Translations under genes and position numbers: made by a program
Assembly (NCBI GenBank): GCA_002269645.1
Contig: NIVC01002400.1
Location: forward strand, 56,945-120,944
Origin: Macrostomum lignano
Lineage: Eukaryota
Direction of reading: 5' to 3'
DNA: 64,000 bases
Notes under the pieces: generated by a model
Databases searched by the model: none
Seen by the model: the letters and a program-made list of their open reading frames with translations, nothing else
Told to the model about the DNA's origin: nothing
In this document: positions 11,584-23,574 of the stretch, in pieces
Position numbering within the stretch: position 1 is the stretch's first letter
How the letters are laid out: each line of letters begins with the position of its first letter

Positions 11584-11778
11584 GGGCCGTATGCAGAAAG
11601 CTCTGTCTAGGGTAGTCCGGTCTTGAAAAGCTAGTCTGGACTTGGATTTGGTATGCAGAAACACAAAAGTTAGACCGGTCTACTATAGACAGAACTAGGG
11701 TAGCTAGACCATAGACTATAGACTGAACTACCCAAGTCCGGACTAGCTAGTCTGGACTAAGCTTTCTGCATACGGCCC
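11584..11778. mobile_element. PIF/Harbinger (Tourist)-like MITE, 195 bp
   Basis: Perfect TIRs gggccgtatgcagaaagct / agctttctgcatacggccc, with a 3-bp duplication ATT on both sides (11581-83 and 11779-81). Confidence 0.85.
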
Positions 11779-12197
11779 ATTGTTTGCTTCGAAAACCATT
11801 GCCACGTACAATCTACCATTGCCTTTGAGATAATAAAACTGTCTACGGTAAAACCTCAGGAAAATTCATTAATTTCCTTTACTAATGCCCTAGGCCCTAC
11901 AGATTTCGATTGATAAAGTGCAATTTTTTATCATAAATACACTCCGGCCAAATCAGACAGGCGCACCACATCACAATAAAAGCTCTGGATACTGATATCA
12001 GCAGACTTTGCTCATTTTTAGGGGCTCGCAGATCGATAGGCCGAGTTCGACGCATAGGACACTTGTATCATCAATTCCAGGTCAACCTGCTGACTGCTGA
12101 ACAATTCGCAATTCACTAAACCACTTTTTGGATTTAATTAACTCCAGATTATCTCTTCCATGCTCTCGTTGACCGTACATTAGATAGATTCTATGGT

Positions 12198-12205
12198 TCA
12201 ACAGC

Positions 12206-12258
<53 letters not shown>

Positions 12259-13309
12259 AAATACTTCTCCCGCCAGCCACACAGTGGCCAGAAAAGGGGA
12301 AGAGGAGTCAGAGAGCGCGTCTCCGGGCCAAAGATCTCAAAAAGCCACACCCCTGCTTGGTCCTGGGCGCCAGCATCGGTCAGGGTATCTCGGTCAGGGT
12401 ATCTCGCCGTTCGCCCTAGGCCTCGCCTGCGCGGTCCCTGCAGCTTGAGCAGCAGCACTTTTGTGTAGCGGCTCAGGGTAGCGGGCCTACGACAGGATGA
12501 CGTGGCCAGCCAATCGAAGTCATCGCCCGCGCAGCAGGTCAGAAGGCTGCATCAGGCGCGCACTTGGATAGAGAGCGGAATTGGTCTCGCTGCCTGGACC
12601 GCTGCGAACTCCGAACGCCGCACGCAGCATGGCCGCAGCGTCCAGCTACCTCTCCAAGGCGTCTGTCAGGGTCCAGGTCTTGGCGTTGTACAACAAGACA
12701 GTCTCAACGACTGCCTGAAACAGCCGAGCCCTGAGCCCGTCATTGAGGGCCTCAGATTGGAGCACGGAGCGCACAGATCAAAGCACGGCCCATGCCAGTC
12801 CTCGTCGTCTCACCAGGTCATCGGCAACGTCCGGCACGAGGCCGCCGAGGTACAGGAACCGCTGGTAGCGGGTAAGCATGATTGCCTCCCCGGCAGCGTC
12901 TCGGTAGTTGATCTCGGCAGGCAGGTCGAATTGCACCGTGAAGACTACCGTCTTTCGCTCGTCCAGCAGCCGCTGGGCGCCTTCAGCCGTTGATGACAGC
13001 AGCGCGAGGTCGTCCACGTAGTCGATAACGGAGAGCCGCTTCCCCGAGTGTCACCGCCGACTCGTGCGTCTTCTCAGCAGGAAGCCGTCGTCCAAGAAAT
13101 GCGCCAGTGTCACCCTGCAGCACGCCTGACGACATGCTGAATTTGTCCGACAGTCCATCTGGCGTCATCACCGAAGCGGTCGTGTCCTGGTACATCATCA
13201 TGATGGCGGAAATCAGTTGCTCCGGTACCTTGTACGCGCGAATCACGAGAGGCAGCGCGCCGCGAACCGACAAGTCGAAAGCCTTGAGGAAGTCAATGAG
13301 GAAGTCAAT
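12198..13309 (-). mobile_element. 5'-truncated, internally deleted RTE-clade LINE with a (TTG)n tail
   Basis: Minus-strand RT motifs IDFLKAFD, GVLQGDT, YVDDLALL, FLYLG, RLFQAVVETVLLY spread over shifted frames. The (CAA)~19 run at about 12200-12258 is its 3' tail. Confidence 0.85.
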
Positions 13310-14105
13310 GTTTCAAACACCAGTAACCTCCTCACTTTTTGCGTGGCCTTCTATGTATATGGCCTCGACTAAAGTCAGACAATTTGACTGCAATCTTTCT
13401 GGAGAAATTTCAGAAGCGCGAAACTTGACAACGCCTAGAGACAGAATCTTATCACAAGCTCAAAATTTTACGTTGTTGAAGAGACTTTTTGCTAGCCAAT
13501 TCTGCAAGTGCACAACTTAAACGATTTCGACGTAAAATTCGAGCTTGTAAAGTTTCTTGTCTTCGAAGATGTGATATTTTGAGCCAGTGAAAGCGAACCT
13601 AGTTTCACATTGTACCAACTAAGCGATTCTTTAACACAAAACTTCAGACTGTATTTTTATTGCCATTTCATTTTGACTTCTTCCAGTCCAAATTGCGGGA
13701 GTTATAGTGGTCCATGCGTGTCATTCGGTGCAGCGAGTTGCACTGTATAAGGTAAGCCTCAACCTTACCAGTGCTTACCACCTCACTGACAATGGCACAC
13801 ACTGTGAAAACTAGGGCAAAATGTACATTATTTAATTTAGAGTCTTCACTCCACAGAGCCTAAAGCTGTATTTTCCGCAGGCGAATTTTGCGGGCAATGT
13901 ACAATTTCTCAGAACATAGTTCTCTTCGCCTCACAGTTTTTCTATCTCTCAATTGTTTGTCCTGGTAACCTGGAGTAGAAATAGCCAGGTGATGAGACAG
14001 AAAAACAACAGACATTAACGTCTAAAAACTAAAAAATAAGACGTCAAACTATCTTAGACGTTCTCATCACTGCAAAGAAAGACGCAGAAATACAAAGACA
14101 AAATC

Positions 14106-14693
14106 ATGCCGCTAGTTCATTGCCACCATCTCAATCCTTGCTTTCCTCATCGAGTGGTACGACAAATGTCCCTTAGAGACCGACGACTGTACGTGTTCTT
14201 CCACGTGTGCCTGTGGACTGGCGTCCTCTCGTTCGCAATCGGCACAGCTCTCTACGTCGCGACGAGAACCTACGTGTTCTTCATCATGGCCCTACCCTGC
14301 GTGTGCGTGATGTTTGTTGGCCAGTTCGGTTTCCGCTGGTTGGCGCTCAAAAATGAGGACAAATTCGATGTGTACTATCCAAACGACGCGTCCCTACAGG
14401 TAGGCGGCGACTTCAACCGACTCCAGCAGCTGAACCAGGGACTTGCGCCAGTGGCGCCGCCGCCTCCAGCCTACACGGAGACGTACGACGGGCCGATTTT
14501 TACCATAGACGGTAGCCTCGCCCCGCCGCCGAGCTACGAAGCTACTGCGGGCGGTCAATCGAACACTGTTCAACAAGTCAACAAGGAAGCTATCGAGCTG
14601 CAGAGTCGAGACGCTTCTGCTGCACATGTAAGCGGATCTGCAGCTACTTCTGGTGCAGGAGAGCAGCAGCAGCAACTGCGAATAGGGGTCTAA
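14106..14693 (+). CDS. Single-exon membrane protein with 2 TM helices and a cytoplasmic tail containing PPAY and PPSY motifs (start may be the Met at 14167)
   Basis: 195-aa GC-rich ORF. Hydrophobic segments YVFFHVCLWTGVLSFAIGTALYVA and YVFFIMALPCVCVMFVGQFGF, plus PPPPAY and PPPSY. Confidence 0.8.
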   Translation: MPLVHCHHLNPCFPHRVVRQMSLRDRRLYVFFHVCLWTGVLSFAIGTALYVATRTYVFFIMALPCVCVMFVGQFGFRWLALKNEDKFDVYYPNDASLQVGGDFNRLQQLNQGLAPVAPPPPAYTETYDGPIFTIDGSLAPPPSYEATAGGQSNTVQQVNKEAIELQSRDASAAHVSGSAATSGAGEQQQQLRIGV

Positions 14694-15334
14694 TGATTCA
14701 GGGAAGAATTATTCTGGTACATAAATAGTTCGATCGCTCGAGAGATGCTCATAAACTGGTATTTGCACGTTCTTCAGATTTTTTATTGCATAATTCGTCT
14801 GTTAATTAATATGTTTTTTTGAAGCTATTTATCTATAGTATAATTAAACTTTGTTCGCATCCGGTTTAACATTTCCAGTACCAGAAAATTGTTTCCGATG
14901 TAAATTCAAGTGAGAAAAACAACTAATGTGCATGCCTGTTGACAGACGGTAAAACATCCACCTCACCCCCACGTTTATGTAATTTTTTGTAAAAAGAGTA
15001 CATCTGTATGTACATCTTTCAGCATGTATTTATGTAGCGTCAAGGTGTTTAGCGCACAGTAAACCAGCTTATTTTCATGTAAAACGCATCGATGTCCAAT
15101 CGATTACCAATTGAACGCATGCTAATCATATTTGAAGACACCAGTTCGCATAACCTTATTGCACAGTCAGGATGCTTATAAATTTACCTTCGTGATCAAC
15201 TTTCATTGAAAGTACCAGACAGTAAGAAACAAAAAAATATAATGCTTTTTATGTAAATTATCGACCAAATTATGTAATTATTATCATCGATTTAAATCTA
15301 AGGAACTTTGATGTTAGAATTATTTATTTTGTCT

Positions 15335-16895
15335 GTCTCTTTATGGGTACCCTGTCTCTTTATGGGTACCCCTGTCTCTTTATGGGTACCCTGTCTCTTT
15401 ATGGGCGCCCCTGTCTCTTTATGGGCGCCCCTGTCTCTTTATGGGCGCCCCTGTCTCTTTATGGGTACCCTGTCTCTTTATGCGTACCCCTGTCTCTTTA
15501 TGGGTACCCTGTCTCTTTATGGGCGCCCCTGTCTCTTTATGGGTACCCTGTCTCTTTATGGGTACCCTGTCTCTTTATGGGTACCCCTGTCTCTTTATGG
15601 GTACCCTGTCTCTTTATGGGCGCCCCTGTCTCTTTATGGGTACCCTGTCTCTTTATGCGTACCCCTGTCTCTTTATGGGTACCCTGTCTCTTTATGCGTA
15701 CCCCTGTCTCTTTATGGGTACCCCTGTCTCTTTATGGGTACCCTGTCTCTTTATGGGTACCCCTGTCTCTTTATGGGTACCCTGTCTCTTTATGGGCGCT
15801 TCTGTCTCTTGGTGGGCGCCCTGTCTCTTTATGGGTACCCCTGTCTCTTTATGGGTACCCTGTCTCTTTATGGGCGCTTCTGTCTCTTGGTGAGCGCCCC
15901 TGTCTCTTTATGGGTACCCTGTCTCTTTATGGGTACCCCTGTCTCTTATGGGTACCCTGTCTCTTTATGGGCGCTTCTGTCTCTTGGTGATCGCCCCTGT
16001 CTCTTTATGGGTACCCTGTCTCTTTATGGGTACCCCTGTCTCTTTATGGGTACCCTGTCTCTTTATGGGCGCTTCTGTCTCTTGGTGGGCGCCCTGTCTC
16101 TTTATGGGTACCCCTGTCTCTTTATGGGTACCCTGTCTCTTTATGGGCGCTTCTGTCTCTTGGTGAGCGCCCCTGTCTCTTTATGGGTACCCTGTCTCTT
16201 TATGGGTACCCCTGTCTCTTATGGGTACCCTGTCTCTTTATGGGCACCCCTGTCTCTTTATGGGTACCCTGTCTCTTTATGCGTACCCCTGTCTCTTTAT
16301 GGGTACCCTGTCTCTTTATGCGTACCCCTGTCTCTTTATGGGTACCCCTGTCTCTTTATGGGTACCCTGTCTCTTTATGGGTACCCCTGTCTCTTTATGG
16401 GTACCCTGTCTCTTTATGGGCGCTTCTGTCTCTTGGTGGGCGCCCTGTCTCTTTATGGGTACCCCTGTCTCTTTATGGGTACCCTGTCTCTTTATGGGCG
16501 CTTCTGTCTCTTGGTGAGCGCCCCTGTCTCTTTATGGGTACCCTGTCTCTTTATGGGTACCCCTGTCTCTTATGGGTACCCTGTCTCTTTATGGGCGCTT
16601 CTGTCTCTTGGTGATCGCCCCTGTCTCTTTATGGGTACCCTGTCTCTTTATGGGTACCCCTGTCTCTTTATGGGTACCCTGTCTCTTTATGGGCGCTTCT
16701 GTCTCTTGGTGGGCGCCCTGTCTCTTTATGGGTACCCCTGTCTCTTTATGGGTACCCTGTCTCTTTATGGGCGCTTCTGTCTCTTGGTGAGCGCCCCTGT
16801 CTCTTTATGGGTACCCTGTCTCTTTATGGGTACCCCTGTCTCTTATGGGTACCCTGTCTCTTTATGGGCACCCCTGTCTCTTTATGGACGCCCCT
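15335..16895. repeat. Minisatellite, 19/20-bp unit (ccctgtctctttatgggta), with a 624-bp higher-order duplication
   Basis: Tandem units. Identical ORF translations at 15948 and 16572. Confidence 0.95.
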
Positions 16896-16948
16896 GTCTT
16901 TTTGGTGGGCGTTACTTTTCCAGCCTCGTAGGTCGGTAGATGCCGAGT

Positions 16949-17083
16949 CCAAGGGGTGACAAAAGTTAAGCTTTTCTGTCATTTATCAAGGTTTGTTGCC
17001 CTTTTCATTTAGTTTTTTTTTGAGGAGTTCAACTTACTTTTGTGAAGACCTTTTGGGGAGGGGTCTGCCCCTGTCCCCCTTGG
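16949..17083. mobile_element. Possible small MITE remnant
   Basis: ccaaggggtgaca and tgtcccccttgg are near-inverted ends. No clear TSD. Confidence 0.3.
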
Positions 17084-17211
17084 GATGGATATAGATGGAT
17101 ATAGACAGGCATGTATATAGAAGTTTTGTGAAAAGTTTATGGCTTTGATTTCTTAATATAATTACAATATAGCTACTCATATTTCTAATCAGGATCTTAA
17201 AGTTCGTGGTC

Positions 17212-17238
17212 ATGAAACTTTGTCTTACTTGCACTCTC
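17212..17238 (+). CDS. Candidate neuropeptide precursor, putative exon 1 (start of the signal peptide)
   Basis: Acceptor tttctaatcag| at 17192, then ATG AAA CTT TGT CTT ACT TGC ACT CTC|gtaaaa (MKLCLTCTL, phase 0). Confidence 0.35.
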
Positions 17239-17479
17239 GTAAAACGCATACGATTGTCCCTCAAGATTACAGTGCATTTATGGGAACTGAGGGCTTTTGT
17301 AATCAGCATTTAATTTCCTTCGTTTAATTAGCAGTTAAGGATTAACTTTACGATCGCGCAACAGTTCTCAATGCAGATTATAAATGAAAATGTGCTGAGC
17401 ATTACTTTCTAATAGCTTCATTATATAATTCTACCGAGAATGGGTACTTTCATCATAAGCAAAGATAGTTAGATAAGAG

Positions 17480-18915
17480 CGCCACCTGTACAGTATAGGT
17501 ATAACCTGTTAGATTTGAGAATAACTGTTGGATATGAGCGTTACCTGTTAGGTGAGGAGGTCACCTGTTAGAAAAGGGTCTCATCTGTTAGATGAGAAGG
17601 TCATCTTTTAGATAAAGTCATCACCTGTTAGATAATGTTGTTATTTTTTAGATATGAAAATAACCTGTTACATAAGGTTATCAATTGTTAGATAAGGGTG
17701 TCCCCCTTGTCCTCCTTATTTGTTAGACAAAGTCTTTACCTGTTTGATAAAGTTGTTACCTGATAGATATGGGTAGAGCTTGTTAGATAAGGGCGTCACC
17801 TGTTAGATATTGCTGCCACCTGTTAGATATTGCTGTCACCTGTTAGATATTGCTGTCACCTGTTAGATAAAGATGTTATCTGTTAGATAAGGGTGTCACC
17901 TGTTAGATGGAGAAGGTCATCTGTTAGTTAAAGGTATCATCTGTTAGATAAAGTCTTCACCAGTTAGATATGGGTATAACAAAAAATATAAGGGCGCCAC
18001 CTGTTAGATAAGGGTGTTATCTGTTAAATAATTTTGTTACCTGTTAGATAAGGGTGTCACTTGTTAGATAAAGTCGTGACCTGCTAGATACGGGTAAAAC
18101 TTGTTAGATAAGTGTGTTATCTGTTAGATATGGGTGTCACTTGTTAGATAAAGTCGTGACCTGCTAGACATGGGTAAAACTTGTTAGATAAGTGTGTTAT
18201 CTGTTAGATATGGGTAAAACTTATTAGATAAGTGTGTTATCTGTTAGATAAGGGTGTCACCTGTTAGATGGAGAAGGTCATCTGTTAGTTAAAGGTATCA
18301 TCTGTTAGATAAAGTCTTCACCAGTTAGATATGGGTATAACAAAAAATATAAGGGCGCCACCTGTTAGATAAGGGTGTTATCTGTTAAATAATTTTGTTA
18401 CCTGTTAGATAAGGGTGTCACTTGTTAGATAAAGTCGTGACCTGCTAGATACGGGTAAAACTTGTTAGATAAGTGTGTTATCTGTTAGATACGGGTAAAA
18501 CTTGTTAGATAAGTGTGTTATCTGTTAGATATGGGTGTCACTTGTTAGATAAAGTCGTGACCTGCTAGACATGGGTAAAACTTGTTAGATAAGTGTGTTA
18601 TCTGTTAGATATGGGTAAAACTTGTTAGATAAGTGTGTTATCTGTTAGATATGGGTAAAACTTGTTAGATAAGTGTGTTATCTGTTAGATACGGGTAAAA
18701 CTTGTTAGATAAGTGTGTTATCTGTTAGATATGGGTGTCACTTGTTAGATAAAGTCGTGACCTGCTAGACATAGGTAAAACTTGTTAGATAAGTGTGTTA
18801 TCTGTTAGATATGGGTAAAACTTGTTAGATAAGTGTGTTATCTGTTAGATATGGGTAAAACTTGTTAGATAAGTGTGTTATCTGTTAGATATGGGTGTCA
18901 CCTGTTAGATAAGTA
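17480..18915. repeat. Diverged 20-21-bp array built on ctgttagata, with a ~361-bp higher-order copy
   Basis: Recurrent (c)tgttagata. The block at 17880 recurs at 18241. Confidence 0.9.
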
Positions 18916-19358
18916 TGTCCCGATGTATATTGGAATGTTACATGTTAGGTAGGCCTTGATGCAGCTCAGCAAGCATTCTACAGAGGAGTGTTACATGACT
19001 TGGATAACTATAGGGACCAGGACGAGTGCTTCACCATCAGCACATTGGACAAGGACACGTCAGAAGCGCCGCTCTCCCTCCTGAACCAATCAGCAGCTGA
19101 CTGGATTGGCACACCAACATCCTGTTTGACCGGCAGTTTCTCATTGCTTGAACAATATTAATAAATTCGTCCTCTTCAACTTTGGCGCGTAGCTTCTCTG
19201 CCGGGATATTTCCAAATTCAGATATCAAAAAAATATTTAAAAGAATATCATCAAATTTTCGAGCATAAAATGTCGAAGTACGCTCTACTGCCAGTTTTCT
19301 GCTCTTTGGGTGAGTTGCGAAAAATAGATTTAAAAAAGGAATCGAACCTATGATATAG

Positions 19359-19471
19359 TTGGTAAACTTCATTTCAGTTATTGTGCTGGCTGTGATGGAC
19401 CTGGTCACTGCATTGCCTGCATCGCAGGAGGAACTGGACAAACGATCTGGGCATGAGGAGGCCGACGGAAG
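19359..19471 (+). CDS. Candidate neuropeptide precursor, exon 2 (alternative acceptor at 19378)
   Basis: LVNFISVIVLAVMDLVTA-LPASQEELDKRSGHEEADG(R). Acceptors gatatag| and catttcag|, donor AG|gtctgt (phase 2). Confidence 0.55.
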
Positions 19472-19669
19472 GTCTGTTTTGTTGACTCTTCTGTTTACCA
19501 TACAGGTATCTATCAATCAGTTAAACCTTACCTTGAAGAATGACAGTCTATTGGGTTTACCAGAGTCACTGCGGTTGTGACAGTCTACCATGATATTTGT
19601 CTCATTTTTCGCATTTTAGTGCTTAAGTCTCGACACTATAGAGTCTTGTGGCTGTAGTGGTATCTGAAT

Positions 19670-21350
19670 TAGTGTCTGACTTAGTGCCTGACTTAGTGCC
19701 TGACTCAGTGTCTGACTTAGTGCCTGACTTAGTGCCTGACTTAGTGTCTGACTTAGTGCCTGACTTAGTGCCTGACTTAGCGTCTGACTTAGTGCCTGAC
19801 TTAGTGCCTGACTTAGTGCCTGACTTAGTGCCTGACTTAGTGCCTGACTTAGTGCCTGACTTAGTGCCTGACTTAGTGCCTGACTTAGTGCCTGACTTAG
19901 TGTCTGACTTAGTGCCTGACTTAGTGCCTGACTTAGTGCCTGACTTAGTGCCTGACTTAGTGCCTGACTTAGTGCCTGACTTAGTGTCTGACTTAGTGCC
20001 TGACTTAGTGCCTGACTTAGTGCCTGACTTAGTGCCTGACTTAGTGCCTGACTTAGTGCCTGACTTAGTGCCTGACTTAGTGCCTGACTTAGTGCCTGAC
20101 TTAGTGCCTGACTTAGTGCCTGACTTAGTGTCTGACTTAGTGCCTGACTTAGTGCCTGACTTAGTGCCTGACTTAGTGTCTGTCTTAGTGCCTGACTTAG
20201 TGCCTGACTTAGTGCCTGACTTAGTGCCTGACTTAGTGTCTGTCTTAGTGTCTGACTTAGTGCCTGACTTAGTGCCTGACTTAATGTCTGACTTAGTGTC
20301 TGACTTAGTGTCTGACTTAGTGCCTGACTTAGTGCCTGACTTAGTGCCTGACTTAGTGCCTGACTTAGTGCCTGACTTAGTGTCTGTCTTAGTGTCTGAC
20401 TTAGTGCCTGACTTAGTGCCTGACTTAATGTCTGACTTAGTGTCTGACTTAGTGTCTGACTTAGTGCCTGACTTAGTGCCTGACTTAGTGCCTGACTTAG
20501 TGCCTGTCTTAGTGCCTGACTTAGTGCCTGACTTAGTGCCTGACTTAGTGCCTGACTTAGTGCCTGACTTAGTGCCTGACTTAGTGTCTGACTTAGTGTC
20601 TGACTTAGTGCCTGACTTAGTGCCTGACTCAGTGTCTGACTTAGTGCCTGACTTAGTGCCTGACTTAGTGTCTGACTTAGTGCCTGACTTAGTGCCTGAC
20701 TTAGCGTCTGACTTAGTGCCTGACTTAGTGCCTGACTTAGTGCCTGACTTAGTGCCTGACTTAGTGCCTGACTTAGTGCCTGACTTAGTGCCTGACTTAG
20801 TGCCTGACTTAGTGCCTGACTTAGTGTCTGACTTAGTGCCTGACTTAGTGCCTGACTTAGTGCCTGACTTAGTGTCTGTCTTAGTGCCTGACTTAGTGCC
20901 TGACTTAGTGCCTGACTTAGTGCCTGACTTAGTGTCTGTCTTAGTGTCTGACTTAGTGCCTGACTTAGTGCCTGACTTAATGTCTGACTTAGTGTCTTAC
21001 TTAGTGTCTGACTTAGTGCCTGACTTAGTGCCTGACTTAGTGCCTGACTTAGTGCCTGACTTAGTGCCTGACTTAGTGCCTGACTTAGTGCCTGACTTAG
21101 TGCCTGACTTAGTGCCTGACTTAGTGCCTGACTTAGTGCCTGACTTAGTGCCTGACTTAGTGCCTGACTTAGCGTCTGACTTAGTGCCTGACTTAGTGCC
21201 TGACTTAGTGCCTGACTTAGTGTCTGACTTAGTGCCTGACTTAGTGTCTGACTTAGTGTCTGACTTAGTGACTTCGTGTCCGTCTTAAGTGCCTGTCTTA
21301 GTGCCTGTCTTAGTGCCTGTCTTAGTGTCTGTCTAAGTGCCTGACTTAGT
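19670..21350. repeat. 12-bp minisatellite (gacttagtgcct)n, about 140 copies
   Basis: Tandem 12-mers with cct/tct variants. Confidence 0.97.
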
Positions 21351-21369
21351 GTTTAGTAAGTTTGCAGCA

Positions 21370-21576
21370 TTTGGGTAAGCTAACAGTCAGGCTCATTCCG
21401 CTAACCCCTGAGCACGCAGGCGCACGCAGACAAGAACGCGCAGGTACACGCTTGCACAGGATGTACAGCCGCCCAGACTTTCTCTCACCGTCTCGGGGGG
21501 GGGGTTGAGTTTTTTTGCTCTCGCACAGAAAGGAATGTGGCCGCGCAGGAATCGAACCTTCAACCGCTAAGCTACC
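21370..21576 (-). mobile_element. tRNA-derived SINE-like element with collapsed A/B-box spacing
   Basis: The minus strand reads ggTAGCTTAGCGGttgaaGGTTCGATTCCtgcgcggcca, followed by a GC-rich body. Confidence 0.5.
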
Positions 21577-23154
21577 CGTATAACTGTTTATTTTTCTCTA
21601 TTTCTGCATCGCTTGAAGCAGTTACCAGCAAAGTATCAGGGAATCCATTTATTTTCATTCTTGGGGCCCCACCCACGCAGCATCTATAGACCTGCTCAGG
21701 TATTAATGGCTTTCTGCATCAGGGCACCAGGAGAACAATGCCACTCCACATACAGAAATTCAACTCGCATCAGCTTCATAAAACAGCATGAAATTTATTA
21801 TTTTCCCATTCTGCAGAAATCGCTTTCCCTACAGCGAATGGCGGAACACTCGCCACAATAAAACCGCCGCCCCAATCAAATAACAAAAAAAAACATATTG
21901 AAAAGTTTTCTTTTTGAGTCTTTTAACTTTTTTTGAGTAAACTGGCTTTACGTGCTGTGTAGATGGCGTGACAGTATTGAGAGGCAGTAGCCATTGAATC
22001 TTTGCATGAACAGCTTCAGGCTATTATAGCCCATAGTGGCCTGCGCAGAGTTTAAGCGGCTTACTGCCCACCCGGATTCCAACGCAGCAGCTGTCGATAC
22101 GACAGTGATGTCGAAAGGAAAAAACCGATAGAGAGGGAGAGAACAGACCAGCAGAAGCAACAAGCCAAGCAACTCAGTAGAGACAAAGGATAATTTATTA
22201 ATGAGTAAGCTGCTTCAGCTGACAGGATCTAGCGCTTCAGCTTCTAGGTGATTGATTGGAGCTCCCAGCTGTTGGACTGCGAGGGATTTCTCTCTATTGA
22301 AATTGAAATGCATTGGTTGGCTGGATAGTTTGTCTCTTGCCTCCAACACCAACTGACTTGTCTCACATTGGTGTCCCTTTTGAGCTATAAAAGCTCTGGT
22401 TTTGAAAAAGATTTAGATGATGGCTGTTGTGTAGGGTTATAGCTATAGTTCCATTGTCGTGCTGTCACTTGAAATGGAAACACGGTCGATGCTTAGGGCC
22501 TTCTCTGAGATACAACGTCTGTTTTTTAAATTGCTAATCAATTTAACACAAGATTTAGAAGCATTTTCTCTGAGTGGCATTCACCTGCGTGTTGCAACTT
22601 CTTAAAGAGATATTTACCACATGGTAAACCCACATTATAGGCATTCATTTAGATCATAGCCAATAAAGTCAATCAAGTAAATAATACAATTAAAAATCAG
22701 CATAAAGGGTAAAAATGAAGGTCTGTAGCCAAGATAACTGGGTTTGAAATACTCTACTAGATTGTCTTTAAAGCAGAGAGCAGAGCCTTGCAGTCTGCGT
22801 CAGCTTGACTGGCTTAATTGTCTATGGCCGAGACCTGTTCTGTGGTAGTGGCTGCTGTTTTGTTTTAATCAAATGAAAGTGTCTATGGTTGAAATGGGAG
22901 CCCCCACACCCCCAGCACCCCCTCCCCCCCGACTTTTCCCCGGTCTTTTGTTCTTTCTCTCAGTCTATGTCTATGGCACAATAACAGTAATTATACCCAT
23001 GCTTCAAGGGGTGTAAATGGGAAATCAGAGGGCGACGTAAAAAGACAGCCAAGTTGACAGTTCGGCCACATAGACTCTTTCTCTCTCTCTCTCTTTTTCT
23101 CCAAGTGTTCAAATTAACTACTATTGAATTTTCGAGCTCTTTTCCCGCCTACAG

Positions 23155-23332
23155 AAGATCAGCTGTCAGCAGGCGCGGCTGGCCAGTCCGCTACATGGCT
23201 GGCGGCGGTCTCATGGAGATCAAACGCGCCGCCGATGATGCCACCTTGTCAGCTGAATCGGAGCGCGAGCGGCTGCAACGACGGCTGCAGGAATTCTACG
23301 AAGAGAAATTGCGACGCCTTGGTCAGGAGTGA
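23155..23332 (+). CDS. Candidate neuropeptide precursor, last exon
   Basis: Acceptor ttttcccgcctacag| (phase 2, matching exon 2). Encodes RSAVSRRGWPVRYMAGGGLMEIKRAADDATLSAESERERLQRRLQEFYEEKLRRLGQE*. AATAAA at 23401. Confidence 0.65.
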
Positions 23333-23574
23333 TGCGGACTGCCAGGAGAAATATTTTGAAGCATCCATCAAAGTTAAAAAGGAATTATTAATGTTTTTCT
23401 AATAAATATATTACTGAAGATGTTTAACCGGACATGATGAACTTAAGCAAAGTGAAATACAAAATATATTGAAGCATCCAAAATGAGCAAGCTAACAAGC
23501 AAAAAATTATATACTGCGCTAAATGCTTTCATTGATTTTTATAAATTCTAGCTTACTCCCTACTAACAATGGCA

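Noticed and set aside
12082-12468. PolyQ, polyL or polyC proteins
   Set aside because: These come from the (CAA)n tail of the RTE retrotransposon.
19037-19340. Minus-strand 159-aa ORF as a gene
   Set aside because: No recognisable domain or splice context, and it overlaps antisense to the better-supported prohormone exon.
21900-22900. Degraded coding-like sequence (..AAYCPPG..) as a gene or APE fragment
   Set aside because: Multiple stops in all frames and too little motif evidence to name it.
23180-23230. Assignment of the prohormone to the whitnin/SPTR family because of RYM
   Set aside because: It lacks the cysteines of the RYMGICM peptide, and a three-residue match is insufficient.
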